This document shows, one piece after another, positions 46,715 through 57,455 of a DNA stretch of 64,000 nucleotides. Made by a program: the position numbers and the translations under genes. The stretch's first letter is position 1. Each line of letters opens with the position of its first letter. The notes below the pieces were generated by a model. It saw nothing but the letters and a program-made list of their open reading frames with translations, made no database searches and had not been told where the DNA came from. Source of the stretch: Bacteroidales bacterium Bact_19 (GTDB taxonomy: Bacteria > Bacteroidota > Bacteroidia > Bacteroidales > ML635J-15); the NCBI GenBank assembly GCA_001603595.1, contig LUZK01000034.1:4760-68759 (forward strand), read 5' to 3'.

Positions 46715-48064
46715 CTATTTTTTTGATTTATACCAATCGGCATATTTAAACTTACAATTAGAATAAGATTTATCAATATCAATATAAGTTTTAGAAATTA
46801 TATTTTCTATCCACTTTTTAATAATTTTCATGCCTTCTGCCTGAAGAGCCATTTGTTGTATTTCCTGATAATCATCAATAAGATTTGCAGTATGAGTATC
46901 TACTTTATTATCGAGGCGAATTATTCTCATCACTTTCGATCCTCTACCTGTAGAAGCTAAAAAGGGTTCAGAAATATCTCCTGGTTTCATTTTTGAAATT
47001 ATTTTCAATGTAAAAGGATCAATAACTTCTGTAGTCATTCTGGTATTTCCATAATAAGGATTTGTAACTTTACCAAAATTTTGTTTAGAATCACCTTCGC
47101 TGTATTTTATAACTGCTTCTGCAAAATTTAAAGAATCACTTTTAATAAGAGCATAAATTTCTTCTGCTTTCTTTTCAGCCTCCATTATACTTTTATCATC
47201 TGGTTTTGGAGTTATTAAAATATGACGAAAATTCATTAAATTACCTTTACGTTCAATTAGTTGGATAATATGAAATCCATATTCAGTCTCCACAACTCTT
47301 GATACATCATTAGTAGATGTTAAATTAAAAGCAACTGCAGAAAACTCAGGGACAAGATCTGTTCTGCTTACAAAGCCTAGTTCACCGCCCTTTGAAGCTG
47401 ACCCCGGATCCTCGGAATATAAAATTGCCATAGTTGCAAAACTTTCGCCTTGGATTATTCTTTCTCGAATATTATTTAGTTTTTCAATTGTCTTTTCTTT
47501 TTCTTCTTTTGTAATTTTTGGAACAATAACTATTTCGGAAAACTCATAATATCCTTGAATAACAGGTAATTCATCTTTAGGTAAGGATTCATAAAACATT
47601 CTAACATCTGATGGTGAAACTTTAATATCAGATGTTAATTTTTGCTGTACTTTTTGAGTCATCATCTGCTCTCGTATCAACTCCCTGAAATCACTTTTTA
47701 TTTCGCTAATACTTTTGCCGAAATATTCCTCTAGTTTTTCTTCTGAACCATACTGAGTGATAAAAATACTCAACCTTCTGTCAAGTTCGCTTTCAACCTC
47801 TCTGTCTGTAACTTGAATACTATCGGCCTTAGCTTGCAGATACAATAGTTTTTGAAACAACAACTCCTCTAAAACTTCACATCTTAGATCTTCCTCTTCT
47901 ACATAACCCTGAGCAAGAACCTGATAATATTGATTTTCGATATCAGATTTTAAAATAATCTCATTCCCAACCTTCGCAACTATTTGATCTATCACATTTG
48001 ATTGTGAATAAACAAAAATTATAGAAAAACACGCTGCGACGACTAAACTAATTCTTCTTATCAT
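46715..48064 (-). CDS. SurA-like periplasmic chaperone / parvulin-type peptidyl-prolyl isomerase
   Basis: Signal peptide, SurA N-domain-like region and a parvulin block GGELGFVSRTDLVPEFSAVAF...GFHIIQL. Confidence 0.8.
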   Translation of the reverse strand: MIRRISLVVAACFSIIFVYSQSNVIDQIVAKVGNEIILKSDIENQYYQVLAQGYVEEEDLRCEVLEELLFQKLLYLQAKADSIQVTDREVESELDRRLSIFITQYGSEEKLEEYFGKSISEIKSDFRELIREQMMTQKVQQKLTSDIKVSPSDVRMFYESLPKDELPVIQGYYEFSEIVIVPKITKEEKEKTIEKLNNIRERIIQGESFATMAILYSEDPGSASKGGELGFVSRTDLVPEFSAVAFNLTSTNDVSRVVETEYGFHIIQLIERKGNLMNFRHILITPKPDDKSIMEAEKKAEEIYALIKSDSLNFAEAVIKYSEGDSKQNFGKVTNPYYGNTRMTTEVIDPFTLKIISKMKPGDISEPFLASTGRGSKVMRIIRLDNKVDTHTANLIDDYQEIQQMALQAEGMKIIKKWIENIISKTYIDIDKSYSNCKFKYADWYKSKK

Positions 48065-48905
48065 AATAATATTTTATTTTGCCTAATTCTTTGGCATTAT
48101 TCATTAACTCTGAAACAAATTTTGTTCGTTCTGTTTCTCTTCTTTTATTTATTATTTTTTTATAAATTAAAGGTTTTGCAAGTTCAAACGGCATAACTTG
48201 ACCTTTGATATAATATTCATCAAATTTAACAATATAACGTTTTTTATCTACAACAAAATCCAACACATTCCTTGAGAGCAAATCAGCATCATCAAAATTT
48301 CCTTTATAATTTATGATACTCAAAAATTCTCTCAATTCAATAAATTCTTCAAAAAAGAAAACTTCTCGATCTGCTCCAACACAATATTCTATTAAAGCCT
48401 TTTTATCTTTAAGCCCCGATGTGGAAACTTTATTCAAAACTTTGTAATAAACATTAATATCGGCGTTCATCGTCAAATAAAAAGCTTTAACATAAGTATT
48501 GCTTAAAACGTAATCGTTCAGGTGGTTATTGTAATATTTCTCAATTTCTTCAACACTTACCTTTTCATCTACTTGAGAATAAATAAAATCTTTTTCATAC
48601 TTACTTACATAAAGACTTCTTCGGTAATCTTCAACTTTTTTATGAATTTCTATAGTGTCCTTAATTTTTTCTTTGGCAAAATTAAAAATTAGCCTTTCAG
48701 CCAACCAATTTTCGATATACATTTTAGCGAAAGCAGTACTGTCTTTAGTAGATAAATTTTTTGGAATGGCAGCATTTAGTTGATTTCGTGTAAGAACATC
48801 ACCGTAAGCTTCTACTAAAATTTCGGCATCCTCGGTTTTTGATGATTTCTTACACGAAATTGCAACTATAGAAATTATAACCAGAAATAATATAATCTTT
48901 TTCAT
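48048..48905 (-). CDS. Hypothetical lipoprotein, SurA-N/PpiD-like chaperone-domain candidate
   Basis: Lipobox VAISCK. Lies between two PPIase genes and overlaps the downstream gene by 17 nt. No parvulin motif. Confidence 0.45.
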   Translation of the reverse strand: MKKIILFLVIISIVAISCKKSSKTEDAEILVEAYGDVLTRNQLNAAIPKNLSTKDSTAFAKMYIENWLAERLIFNFAKEKIKDTIEIHKKVEDYRRSLYVSKYEKDFIYSQVDEKVSVEEIEKYYNNHLNDYVLSNTYVKAFYLTMNADINVYYKVLNKVSTSGLKDKKALIEYCVGADREVFFFEEFIELREFLSIINYKGNFDDADLLSRNVLDFVVDKKRYIVKFDEYYIKGQVMPFELAKPLIYKKIINKRRETERTKFVSELMNNAKELGKIKYYYDKKN

Positions 48906-48911
48906 TATAGA

Positions 48912-50861
48912 TTATTTTCCCGCCAATGATTTTAAAACATCATAATTAACCGTAACCGTATATTTATTTTTAAGTTCCTTTATCCATTCCTGTTCGAGAT
49001 AATTTTGATAATCGGCAGTGATTATACCCCTTGCTTCATTTAGGGATTTATGTTCCGGACCTCTAATTATAATTGTTCTAACGATAAAATTAGTTTCATC
49101 TAAAAATACATATTTACTGCCGGGAGTATCAGATAATTGCTTATCCTTCAAGGAAGATTCATTCTTTTCCTTTATTTCTGATTTTGCTAAAACAACGGTT
49201 TCCGGATTTTTCTTATTTAATTTATCAATTACGGACAGATTATCAAATTTCTTATTTAATGCTTTGTAAAGAACTTTTGCAGTTTTTAAATCTGCACATT
49301 TGTATTCTTTGAGTTCGATTCTGGTTCCCCACATATATTTATCCTTGTTTGCTTCGTAAAAATTTTGCAAACCAACAGTATCGGTTATAGCTTTTGACCA
49401 CACCATTTTATCAGTTAGATCGAACAATAAAATTCCGTCGTGATATTCATTCACTAGGTATTTAAACGATGGATACTTGTTTTCTAATATAGATTCTTCG
49501 TAATTGAGAAGCATTTTTTCTCCAAAGTTTGATAAAGAATTATCAATAAAAATTTTAAGATTAATAGGAGTTTGCTTGCGGTTAAATTTTTCGAGATATC
49601 TCAAAAAGTCTGCTTGGGTGTAGTTTTTATCGAGAAATGATACCAGGATTTTATTGTATATTTCAAGGTCTTCGGGTAATTTCCACGAACCTGAAAATAT
49701 ACTGTCAGTAACAACATCATAAACTTCTTTTAAGTTTTGAGGATAAGTTTTATAATTATACTCAGCTTTTAGTTGTTTCAAGATAGCATCACGACTTTTA
49801 CTTGTTCTGTCGCTGCTGCTTATTTTGGATTTAATTTCATTTTTAACTTCTTCAAAGGGTTTAATAGGTTCTATTTCGAGAAGTTTTATCAGGTGATATC
49901 CGTAAGATGTTTTTAATAATGGATAAATATCTCCCGGTTTTTCGAGACTAAATACGGCATCTTCAAATTCTTTAATCATTCTTCCCCCAACAGTCACCCA
50001 ACCAATTACACCACCCTGTTCAGCAGTACGACGATCTTCACTGTATTGAAATGCAAGTTTTTCGAAATCTTCACCCTGTTTAATCTTTTGATAAACAGTA
50101 TCCATAATAGCTCTGGCATCTTCATCAAGTTTTGTTCCCGAACCTTTTGGAACAAGTCTCATAATATGAGCAACTTTGTACTTACCTTTTGCAGGTCTTT
50201 TATTTGTAACTTTCAAAATATGATACCCATAACGAGTTCTGAAAGGTTCGGAGAAAGAACCTACAGGAGTAATATACATATAATTTTCGAAATCATAAAC
50301 AAGACTGAAAACTGTTCTATAACCAAGATTACCGTCATTCATGACAACAGATTCATCTTCAGAATATTCTCTTGCAAGTTTTACAAAATCTTCTCCTTTT
50401 TTTAGTTTGTTATAGATATCATAAATCTTTTTGTATGCTTTTAAAGTGTCTTCAGGAGAGGCATTTTGATTTACTTTGATTAAAATGTGCGAAACCTCAA
50501 CATCATATTTCATACGCTCGTATGCCTCAAGATAAAGTTCTTCTTCTACTCTTTTGTCTGTTAAATAAGGTTGAGCAAGCTGTGAGCGATAACCGGCAAG
50601 TTCTTGTTTAAAAGATGCCAGAGTATCGAGACCTAATTTTTTTGCTTCATGAACTTTAAGTTTGAAATTAACAAATAAATTCATGTATTCGTTCATAGCC
50701 TCATAAGTCATGGCGTTATCGCTAGTGTTATTCTTTTTGTAGATGTGCAGAAATTCTTCTGCGGAAATCTTTTCATCGTCAATTTCCAGAATAGTTCTTT
50801 CTTGAGCATTTAACAAGCTAAATGAAAAAACTAAAACTAATCCAAACAAAATCTTTTTCAT
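48912..50861 (-). CDS. Parvulin-type peptidyl-prolyl isomerase with two PPIase domains (PpiD/SurA-like, 649 aa)
   Basis: Two parvulin blocks: GNLGYRTVFSLVYDFENY...GYHILKV and GGVIGWVTVGGRMIKEFEDAVF...GYHLIKL. Confidence 0.8.
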   Translation of the reverse strand: MKKILFGLVLVFSFSLLNAQERTILEIDDEKISAEEFLHIYKKNNTSDNAMTYEAMNEYMNLFVNFKLKVHEAKKLGLDTLASFKQELAGYRSQLAQPYLTDKRVEEELYLEAYERMKYDVEVSHILIKVNQNASPEDTLKAYKKIYDIYNKLKKGEDFVKLAREYSEDESVVMNDGNLGYRTVFSLVYDFENYMYITPVGSFSEPFRTRYGYHILKVTNKRPAKGKYKVAHIMRLVPKGSGTKLDEDARAIMDTVYQKIKQGEDFEKLAFQYSEDRRTAEQGGVIGWVTVGGRMIKEFEDAVFSLEKPGDIYPLLKTSYGYHLIKLLEIEPIKPFEEVKNEIKSKISSSDRTSKSRDAILKQLKAEYNYKTYPQNLKEVYDVVTDSIFSGSWKLPEDLEIYNKILVSFLDKNYTQADFLRYLEKFNRKQTPINLKIFIDNSLSNFGEKMLLNYEESILENKYPSFKYLVNEYHDGILLFDLTDKMVWSKAITDTVGLQNFYEANKDKYMWGTRIELKEYKCADLKTAKVLYKALNKKFDNLSVIDKLNKKNPETVVLAKSEIKEKNESSLKDKQLSDTPGSKYVFLDETNFIVRTIIIRGPEHKSLNEARGIITADYQNYLEQEWIKELKNKYTVTVNYDVLKSLAGK

Positions 50862-50901
50862 AATTTAAGACTTTTATAATTTAACAATTTTTAATCAGCT
50901 T

Positions 50902-52374
50902 TTAATCTCCTCTTGAGTAATTTGGGGCTTCTCTTGTGATAGTAACATCGTGAGGATGGTTTTCAATTACTCCGTTAGTTGTTATTCTTACAAACCTTCC
51001 GTTTAGTCGCAATTTTTCGATATTTTCGCAACCACAATAACCCATGCCGGCTCTAAGTCCACCTATTAATTGATAAATAACTTCATTTAAAGTACCTTTA
51101 TATGGAACTCTGCCTGAAATTCCTTCTGGCACCAGTTTTTTGATATCATCTTCCATATCTTGGAAGTATCTGTCTTTTGAACCTTGCTGCATAGCTTCGA
51201 GCGAGCCCATTCCTCTGTATGATTTGAATTTTCTGCCGTTAAAGATAATTGTTTCTCCAGGAGCTTCTTCAGTACCTGCAAACAAACCACCTGCCATAAT
51301 TGAGTGAGCCCCTGCTGCTATTGCTTTAACAATATCTCCTGAATATCTAATTCCTCCGTCGGCAATTATTGGAACATCAGTATCTTTTAAAGCTTCGGCA
51401 ACTATCATAATGGCTGATAATTGAGGAACTCCCACACCCGCAACTACTCTTGTAGTACAAATTGAACCCGGTCCTATACCAACTTTTACTGCATCTGCTC
51501 CATTATCAACCAGCATTTTAGCTGCCTCTGCAGTTGCAATATTACCAACAACAAAATCAACCCCACTAAATTTTTTCTTTGCTTCTTTGAGAATATTGTT
51601 TACGCTTTTTGTATGTCCGTGAGCTGTGTCTATTACAATGGAATCAACTCCAGCATCAATCAGAGCTTCCATTCGTGTGAATGTATCTGATGAGATTCCT
51701 ACTGCAGCGGCAACTCTCAACCTTCCTCTGGTGTCTTTACAGGAATTTGGACTTGCATCTGCTTTTGTTATATCTTTATAGGTAATTAATCCTACTAATT
51801 TTTGGTCTTTATCAACAACCGGTAATTTTTCGATACGATATTTCATAAATATTTTCTTTGCTTTTTCAAGCTCTATACCTTGCTCAGTTGTGATAAGATT
51901 TTCTCTTGTCATTATATCCTTAATTGGGAGTTTCATGTTTGTCTGAAACCTCATATCTCTGCTGGTAACTATACCTACTAGTTTTTGGTTATCGTCAACA
52001 ACCGGAATACCACCAATATTATGCTCCATCATTATTTGTTTGGCTTCTCCGACTTTGCTGTTAACGTTTATGGTAACAGGATTTAAAATCATTGCGTTTT
52101 CGGCTCTTTTTACCTGATAAACATGTTTAGCCTGTTCCTGAATACTCATATTTTTATGAATCACTCCTATTCCGCCTTCTCGAGCCATAGCAATCGCCAT
52201 ACGACTATCGGTAACTGTATCCATTGCAGCCGAGACTATCGGAGTATTCAATACTATGTTTCGGGAAAATTTTGATTTTATTTCTACTAAACTCGGTAAT
52301 ACTTCTGAATATGCAGGTATCAATAAAACATCATCAAATGTAAGACCTTCATATAAAATTTTTGAATTTGCCAT
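50902..52374 (-). CDS. guaB: IMP dehydrogenase
   Basis: [10 protein letters not shown], a CBS pair, the catalytic loop [11 protein letters not shown], and [12 protein letters not shown]. Confidence 0.95.
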   Translation of the reverse strand: MANSKILYEGLTFDDVLLIPAYSEVLPSLVEIKSKFSRNIVLNTPIVSAAMDTVTDSRMAIAMAREGGIGVIHKNMSIQEQAKHVYQVKRAENAMILNPVTINVNSKVGEAKQIMMEHNIGGIPVVDDNQKLVGIVTSRDMRFQTNMKLPIKDIMTRENLITTEQGIELEKAKKIFMKYRIEKLPVVDKDQKLVGLITYKDITKADASPNSCKDTRGRLRVAAAVGISSDTFTRMEALIDAGVDSIVIDTAHGHTKSVNNILKEAKKKFSGVDFVVGNIATAEAAKMLVDNGADAVKVGIGPGSICTTRVVAGVGVPQLSAIMIVAEALKDTDVPIIADGGIRYSGDIVKAIAAGAHSIMAGGLFAGTEEAPGETIIFNGRKFKSYRGMGSLEAMQQGSKDRYFQDMEDDIKKLVPEGISGRVPYKGTLNEVIYQLIGGLRAGMGYCGCENIEKLRLNGRFVRITTNGVIENHPHDVTITREAPNYSRGD

Positions 52375-52447
52375 ATTTACTTCTTAATTATGAATTAAAA
52401 AATCACACGAAAATACAACTTTTTGTTTGAGTAACAAATACTTTTTT

Positions 52448-52455
52448 TAAATTTG
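52448..52455 (+). promoter_or_regulatory. Candidate -7 promoter box (TAnnTTTG) for recQ
   Basis: taaatttg lies 20 nt upstream of the ATG at 52476. Confidence 0.4.
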
Positions 52456-52475
52456 TAAAATATGGGATCTTGCTT

Positions 52476-54401
52476 ATGAGCAAATACAGACAAATTCTTC
52501 AGAAATATTGGGGATACGATAAATTCAGAGAACTGCAAGAAGAAATTATATTGTCGGTTGCTACGGGTAAAGACACACTAGGACTTTTACCAACCGGTGG
52601 AGGAAAATCAATAATTTTTCAAGTTTTTTCGCTCGCTCATCCAGGAGTTTGTATAGTGATTACTCCATTAATTGCTTTAATGAAGGACCAGGTACAGAAT
52701 CTTCATAAAAGAGGTATCAAGGCAGCTGCAATATATACCGGAATGTCCAAAATTGAAATTGAAAGACATTTAAACAATGTATGTTACGGAGATTACAAGT
52801 TTTTGTATTTATCTCCGGAGCGTTTGCAAAATGAATTCTTCCGCAGCAAGCTCAAAGAAATGAATGTTAATCTTATTTGTGTTGATGAATCGCATTGCAT
52901 ATCTCAATGGGGTTATGATTTTCGTCCTTCATATCTTAATATTGCCGAAATTCGCAACGAACTACCCGGAGTTCCTGTTTTGGCTCTTACTGCTACTGCT
53001 ACTCCCGAAGTGGTTGACGATATTCAAGATAAGTTACTTTTCAAAGAAAAGAATGTATTCAAAAAAAGTTTTGAACGTAAAAATCTGACTTATTTTGTTT
53101 CACATACCGAAGATAAATTAAAATCTTTACTTAAAATTGTTACTAAATTTCAAGGCAGTGGAGTTGTTTATGTCCGTAATCGCCGAAAAACAAGAGAATA
53201 TGCCTTATTACTCAAAAAATATAAAATCTCGGCAGATTTTTATCATGCAGGTCTTGATCCCAAGGGCCGCGAATTAAAACAAGATGCATGGCAGAAAGGA
53301 GAGATTCGTGTAATGGTTTGCACAAATGCGTTCGGTATGGGAATAGATAAACCGGATGTAAGATTTGTTGTTCACATGGATTTACCTGATTCTTTGGAGG
53401 CCTATTTTCAGGAAGCAGGAAGAGCTGGTCGTGATGGTAAAGAAGCATGGGCTTTTTTATTAACCAATAAAACCGATAGTGCCCAACTAAAACGTAACAT
53501 GACAACCGCTTTCCCCGAATATCCAGTTGTTACAAAGGTTTATAACTCGATATGTAATTACCTTCAAATTCCTTTCGGAGCAGGCAAAGATTTAGACTAT
53601 CCTTTCGATATTTTTGATTTTGCTTCAAAATTTAAAATTGACGTTCTAACTACATACAACTCATTAAAAATACTTGAATTATCAGAACTAATTTCATATC
53701 ACACAGATGTTAATACCACTTCCAGAATTATGTTTATCGTTAACAGAGATGATTTGTATAAATTCCAGGTTGAAAATCATAGTTTGGATATTTTCATAAA
53801 ACTTTTATTGCGAACCTACACAGGATTATTTAATGATTACGTTAATATTTCCGAAGAATATCTCGCTAAAAAAGCTGGTGTTGAACCTAATACTATATAT
53901 AACCTTTTAAAACAACTTTCGCACTTTAAAATTATAAATTATATTCCAAAAATAAATAAACCTTTGATTCATTTTATCTCCGAAAGACTAGAAGAAAGAG
54001 GTATTGTTTATAAAAGAGAAGAACTGAATACACTAAAAGAACGTACTCTTTCGAGAATGGAAGCAATGCTGCTCTATGCTGAGAGTAAAAACAAATGTAG
54101 AAGTCAGCAATTACTTGCATACTTCGGTCAAAAAGATTCACAACGCTGTGGTACTTGTGATGTATGCTCACGTAGAAATGAATTAGGATTAAGTGCTTAT
54201 GAATTTGATATTATTTTGGAACAAATAAAAAAAATAATTAAAATTGAACCAATTTTGTTGAATGATTTAGTTGATAGAATCGATTTCGATGAAACAAAAA
54301 TTATCAAAGTTGTTCAATGGCTGTTTGATAATAAAAAATTAATTTATAACAATGAAAACAAATTGTTCTGGAATAAAACTGATGAAGCAAATAAAACCTA
54401 A
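52476..54401 (+). CDS. recQ: RecQ-family ATP-dependent DNA helicase
   Basis: LPTGGGKS, VDESHCISQWGYDFRP, FGMGIDKPDVRFVVH, and the Zn-binding CRSQQLLAYFG...CGTCDVC. Confidence 0.9.
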   Translation: MSKYRQILQKYWGYDKFRELQEEIILSVATGKDTLGLLPTGGGKSIIFQVFSLAHPGVCIVITPLIALMKDQVQNLHKRGIKAAAIYTGMSKIEIERHLNNVCYGDYKFLYLSPERLQNEFFRSKLKEMNVNLICVDESHCISQWGYDFRPSYLNIAEIRNELPGVPVLALTATATPEVVDDIQDKLLFKEKNVFKKSFERKNLTYFVSHTEDKLKSLLKIVTKFQGSGVVYVRNRRKTREYALLLKKYKISADFYHAGLDPKGRELKQDAWQKGEIRVMVCTNAFGMGIDKPDVRFVVHMDLPDSLEAYFQEAGRAGRDGKEAWAFLLTNKTDSAQLKRNMTTAFPEYPVVTKVYNSICNYLQIPFGAGKDLDYPFDIFDFASKFKIDVLTTYNSLKILELSELISYHTDVNTTSRIMFIVNRDDLYKFQVENHSLDIFIKLLLRTYTGLFNDYVNISEEYLAKKAGVEPNTIYNLLKQLSHFKIINYIPKINKPLIHFISERLEERGIVYKREELNTLKERTLSRMEAMLLYAESKNKCRSQQLLAYFGQKDSQRCGTCDVCSRRNELGLSAYEFDIILEQIKKIIKIEPILLNDLVDRIDFDETKIIKVVQWLFDNKKLIYNNENKLFWNKTDEANKT

Positions 54402-54417
54402 AATTATATTATTTGAA

Positions 54418-54924
54418 ATGAAAAATATTGTGCTTAAAGCATTAGTTTTCTTAATATTCATAGCTTTTGGTTTCTTTTTTACCAATTGTGGACAAACTGA
54501 TGCAGACCTAGAACAGCAGGAAAAAATGATAGGCAACTGGAAACCTGTGAACAGTCAGGGTGATGATATTCCTGAAATACCGAAATATGTTTTTTTGGAG
54601 AATAATAGAGGAGTATCTATTTACGAACCCTTTAATTCAACCGACTCATTTGGATGGGAAGTTAGACGCAATCAATTAAAGATTTATTATGATAAAGCTC
54701 CGGGATATTATATAGGCTATGATAATTACAATACCCGAAGTTTATTTAAAATTAAAGAATTTACCGATACAGCAATGTATGTTATTCAGTTTTTCAGTAC
54801 AGGATATCAAAAAGAATACTATCTAAAAAGATTTCAACCTATTTTTGATAATGATGATTTTAAAAAAATAATATGTTGTAAAAAACATAATAAAATTGAT
54901 TTATCTAAATTAAGTTTATTATAA
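54418..54924 (+). CDS. Hypothetical lipoprotein (lipocalin-like candidate)
   Basis: Signal peptide and lipobox FFFTNCGQ from the ATG at 54418. The upstream part of the tracked ORF overlaps the recQ 3' end. Confidence 0.5.
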   Translation: MKNIVLKALVFLIFIAFGFFFTNCGQTDADLEQQEKMIGNWKPVNSQGDDIPEIPKYVFLENNRGVSIYEPFNSTDSFGWEVRRNQLKIYYDKAPGYYIGYDNYNTRSLFKIKEFTDTAMYVIQFFSTGYQKEYYLKRFQPIFDNDDFKKIICCKKHNKIDLSKLSLL

Positions 54925-54954
54925 TTGCTAAGTCGAAACAAAAAATTTTAGAAC

Positions 54955-56268
54955 ATGTATAACTTACCATTATCGCAGGAGCTTGTAAGAAATGAAGTAA
55001 AAAATTTCGGGATAAAAGATTTATCAAAAGCAACCATAAGAGAAATTGTGGGAATTGTTAATAATCTCAGTAACATAACAGGCATTAAATATATGCGAAT
55101 GGAGATGGGGGTTCCCGGACTTAATCCTCCTGAAATTGGTGTTAATGCAGAAATTGATGCATTAAAAAAAGGTGTGGTCAGCAAATACCCTATGGTTGAC
55201 GGGGTAAAAGAATTAAAACAGGAAGCTTCCAGATTCATCAAGTTGTTTATGGGAATTGATGTTAGTCCGGAATCATGTATTGCAACTGTAGGAAGTATGC
55301 AGGGAGCTTATGCAACATTTATGATGTGTTCTAATCTTGATCCCAAAAGAGATACGGCTTTGTTTATTGACCCCGGTTTCCCTGTTCAGAAGCAACAGTT
55401 TAAAGTTCTTGGATATAAATTCGACAGTTTTGATGTCTATAATTACAGGGGTGAAGCTCTCAGAGAGAAATTAGAATCCATACTCATTAAAGGTAATATA
55501 AATTCTATTATATATTCAAACCCAAATAATCCATCTTGGATATGTTTAACTGATGAAGAACTTCAAATTATCGGAGAACTTGCAAACAAATATGATGTCA
55601 TCGTAATAGAAGATTTAGCATATTTCGGCATGGATTTCAGAAGAGACCTCTATCATCCGGGACAACCTCCTTACCAGGTTTCTGTGGCAAATTATACAGA
55701 GAATTATGTCCTTCTGATTTCGGGGTCAAAAGCATTTACTTACGCAGGTCAGAGAATTGGAATTGTGGCAATCTCCGACAAAATTTATCATCGCTCCTAT
55801 CCCAACTTGCTTACAAGATTTGGTTCCGATAAATTTGGATATACTTTTGTACAAAGACTTATTTATGCACTAAGTTCGGGCGTAAGCCATTCAGCTCAAT
55901 ACGGGCTTGCTGCAATGTTAAAAGCTGCTAATGACGGTAAATTTAATTTCATCGAAGAAGTTAAAGAATATGGAGAAAGAGCTCGTATTATGAAAAAATT
56001 GTTTACCGATGCAGGTTTTTACATAGTTTATGATAAAGACCTCGAAGAAGACTTAGCCGATGGTTTTTATTTTACTATCGCTTTTCCCGGGATGGACGGT
56101 AATCAAATAATCGAAGAATTACTAAGATACGGTATCAGTGCTATCTCTTTAGGAAATACCGGCAGTGAAAAGTCAGAAGGCCTTCGGGCTTGCGTATCGC
56201 AAATAAAACTCGATATGATGCCAGAACTCGAAAAAAGATTAAAACTCTGGAAAGAAAATCATAAATAA
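54955..56268 (+). CDS. Class I/II PLP-dependent aminotransferase (437 aa)
   Basis: NPNNPS block, DLAYFGMDF, and the PLP-lysine context SGSKAFTYAGQRIG. Confidence 0.8.
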   Translation: MYNLPLSQELVRNEVKNFGIKDLSKATIREIVGIVNNLSNITGIKYMRMEMGVPGLNPPEIGVNAEIDALKKGVVSKYPMVDGVKELKQEASRFIKLFMGIDVSPESCIATVGSMQGAYATFMMCSNLDPKRDTALFIDPGFPVQKQQFKVLGYKFDSFDVYNYRGEALREKLESILIKGNINSIIYSNPNNPSWICLTDEELQIIGELANKYDVIVIEDLAYFGMDFRRDLYHPGQPPYQVSVANYTENYVLLISGSKAFTYAGQRIGIVAISDKIYHRSYPNLLTRFGSDKFGYTFVQRLIYALSSGVSHSAQYGLAAMLKAANDGKFNFIEEVKEYGERARIMKKLFTDAGFYIVYDKDLEEDLADGFYFTIAFPGMDGNQIIEELLRYGISAISLGNTGSEKSEGLRACVSQIKLDMMPELEKRLKLWKENHK

Positions 56269-56586
56269 ATGTTACCGGAAGATATTATAAATGTTTATAA
56301 ATCCGGATTTCCCAATGACAAGGTTGAAATTCTTAACAAGAATTCTATTATTGCAAAAAAAGACAAGTTTATTATCGTTATTAAATACAAAAAAAATAAG
56401 TTGTCGGTAAAATCTGATTTTAATCTTACCCACCCTCTGATTTTAAGTTTTGTCATTATTGGAATTTTTCTTGGAGTTATACCTTTATTGCTATTAGCAA
56501 TCGTATTTTACACCATTTACAGGAAAAAATTAAGAAAATTAAGTACACAGACTTTCGAGTATCTAAAAAACAATGGAATCAAATAA
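56269..56586 (+). CDS. Hypothetical small membrane protein (105 aa)
   Basis: Starts immediately after the aminotransferase stop. Has one long hydrophobic hairpin: LILSFVIIGIFLGVIPLLLLAIVFYTIY. Confidence 0.45.
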   Translation: MLPEDIINVYKSGFPNDKVEILNKNSIIAKKDKFIIVIKYKKNKLSVKSDFNLTHPLILSFVIIGIFLGVIPLLLLAIVFYTIYRKKLRKLSTQTFEYLKNNGIK

Positions 56587-57349
56587 TTTTACTGCTTTTC
56601 AAAAAATTTTCGATGACTACGTTGCAAAATACTTACAAAAACGAAACGATAGTGATTACAAACAAAATATAAATCTAAAAATAAATCATAGTAAAGAGGT
56701 TTTTAAACATGCAGTAAAAATTGCAAAAACAGAAAATCTCACTGAAAAACAAATTTTTACCGCAGGCTTATGCGGACTTTTTCATGATATTGGACGCTTT
56801 TATCAATACTATTATTTTAATACATTTAAAGATACCGAAAACTTGTACCACGGGCAAATTGGTTGCGATGTTATTGACAAAGAAAACTTTTTTGCTGATT
56901 TAGATAACGACACAATAATTTTAATCAGAAAAGCAGTTTACGCACATGGTTTAATTTCTATTCCGGAAAAATACTCGGAAGAAGAAAAATTTTTTTCAAA
57001 AATTACCAGAGATGCCGACAAGTGCGACATATTTTCAATTGTATCAAAATATTACAAAGAAACCGGACCGCGTAACATTTCACTCGAATATGGATTAAGT
57101 ACAAATCCTGCAATCTCTGAAAATGTTCTTAAGAGTTTTCTCAACAATTTTGTAGTCTCAAAAACCGATTTAAAAACATTGAATGATTTTAAGTTGCTTC
57201 AAATTTCATGGATATACGACATAAATTTTTCATATTCAAAAGATTATATCAATAAAAACAATTTTCTAACTATTATACTTAACACAATCACCGATAATGA
57301 AAACAAAAACAAAATTATCAATCATTTAAACAATATGTGTTTTCAGTAA
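56573..57349 (+). CDS. HD-domain phosphohydrolase-like protein
   Basis: H...HD motif (NHSKEV...GLFHDIGR) and a downstream D (RDADKCD). Confidence 0.75.
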   Translation: MESNNFTAFQKIFDDYVAKYLQKRNDSDYKQNINLKINHSKEVFKHAVKIAKTENLTEKQIFTAGLCGLFHDIGRFYQYYYFNTFKDTENLYHGQIGCDVIDKENFFADLDNDTIILIRKAVYAHGLISIPEKYSEEEKFFSKITRDADKCDIFSIVSKYYKETGPRNISLEYGLSTNPAISENVLKSFLNNFVVSKTDLKTLNDFKLLQISWIYDINFSYSKDYINKNNFLTIILNTITDNENKNKIINHLNNMCFQ

Positions 57350-57405
57350 ATTTAACTCAAATCCATCATTTTCAATTATGTAATTAGAGTTTACTATTAA
57401 AACAA

Positions 57406-57426
57406 AAGCCTGCACAGGGCAGGCTT
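57406..57426 (-). terminator. Rho-independent terminator for the serA-like gene
   Basis: 8-bp stem aagcctgc/gcaggctt with a 5-nt loop. The minus-strand tail is ttttgtttt. Confidence 0.7.
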
Positions 57427-57455
57427 AAATTGGAGATATTTTGAAAAATAATAGT

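Noticed and set aside
50046-50405. 119-aa + strand ORF, and other 60-120-aa ORFs nested antisense in long genes (e.g. 963-1157, 1533-1799, 20267-20530, 26089-26331, 31770-32042, 36496-36756, 58563-58808, 60774-61007)
   Set aside because: All are embedded antisense or out of frame inside strongly supported genes. This is typical of AT-rich shadow ORFs.
54948-55241. 97-aa minus-strand ORF
   Set aside because: It is antisense to the 5' end of the aminotransferase gene. It is a shadow ORF.
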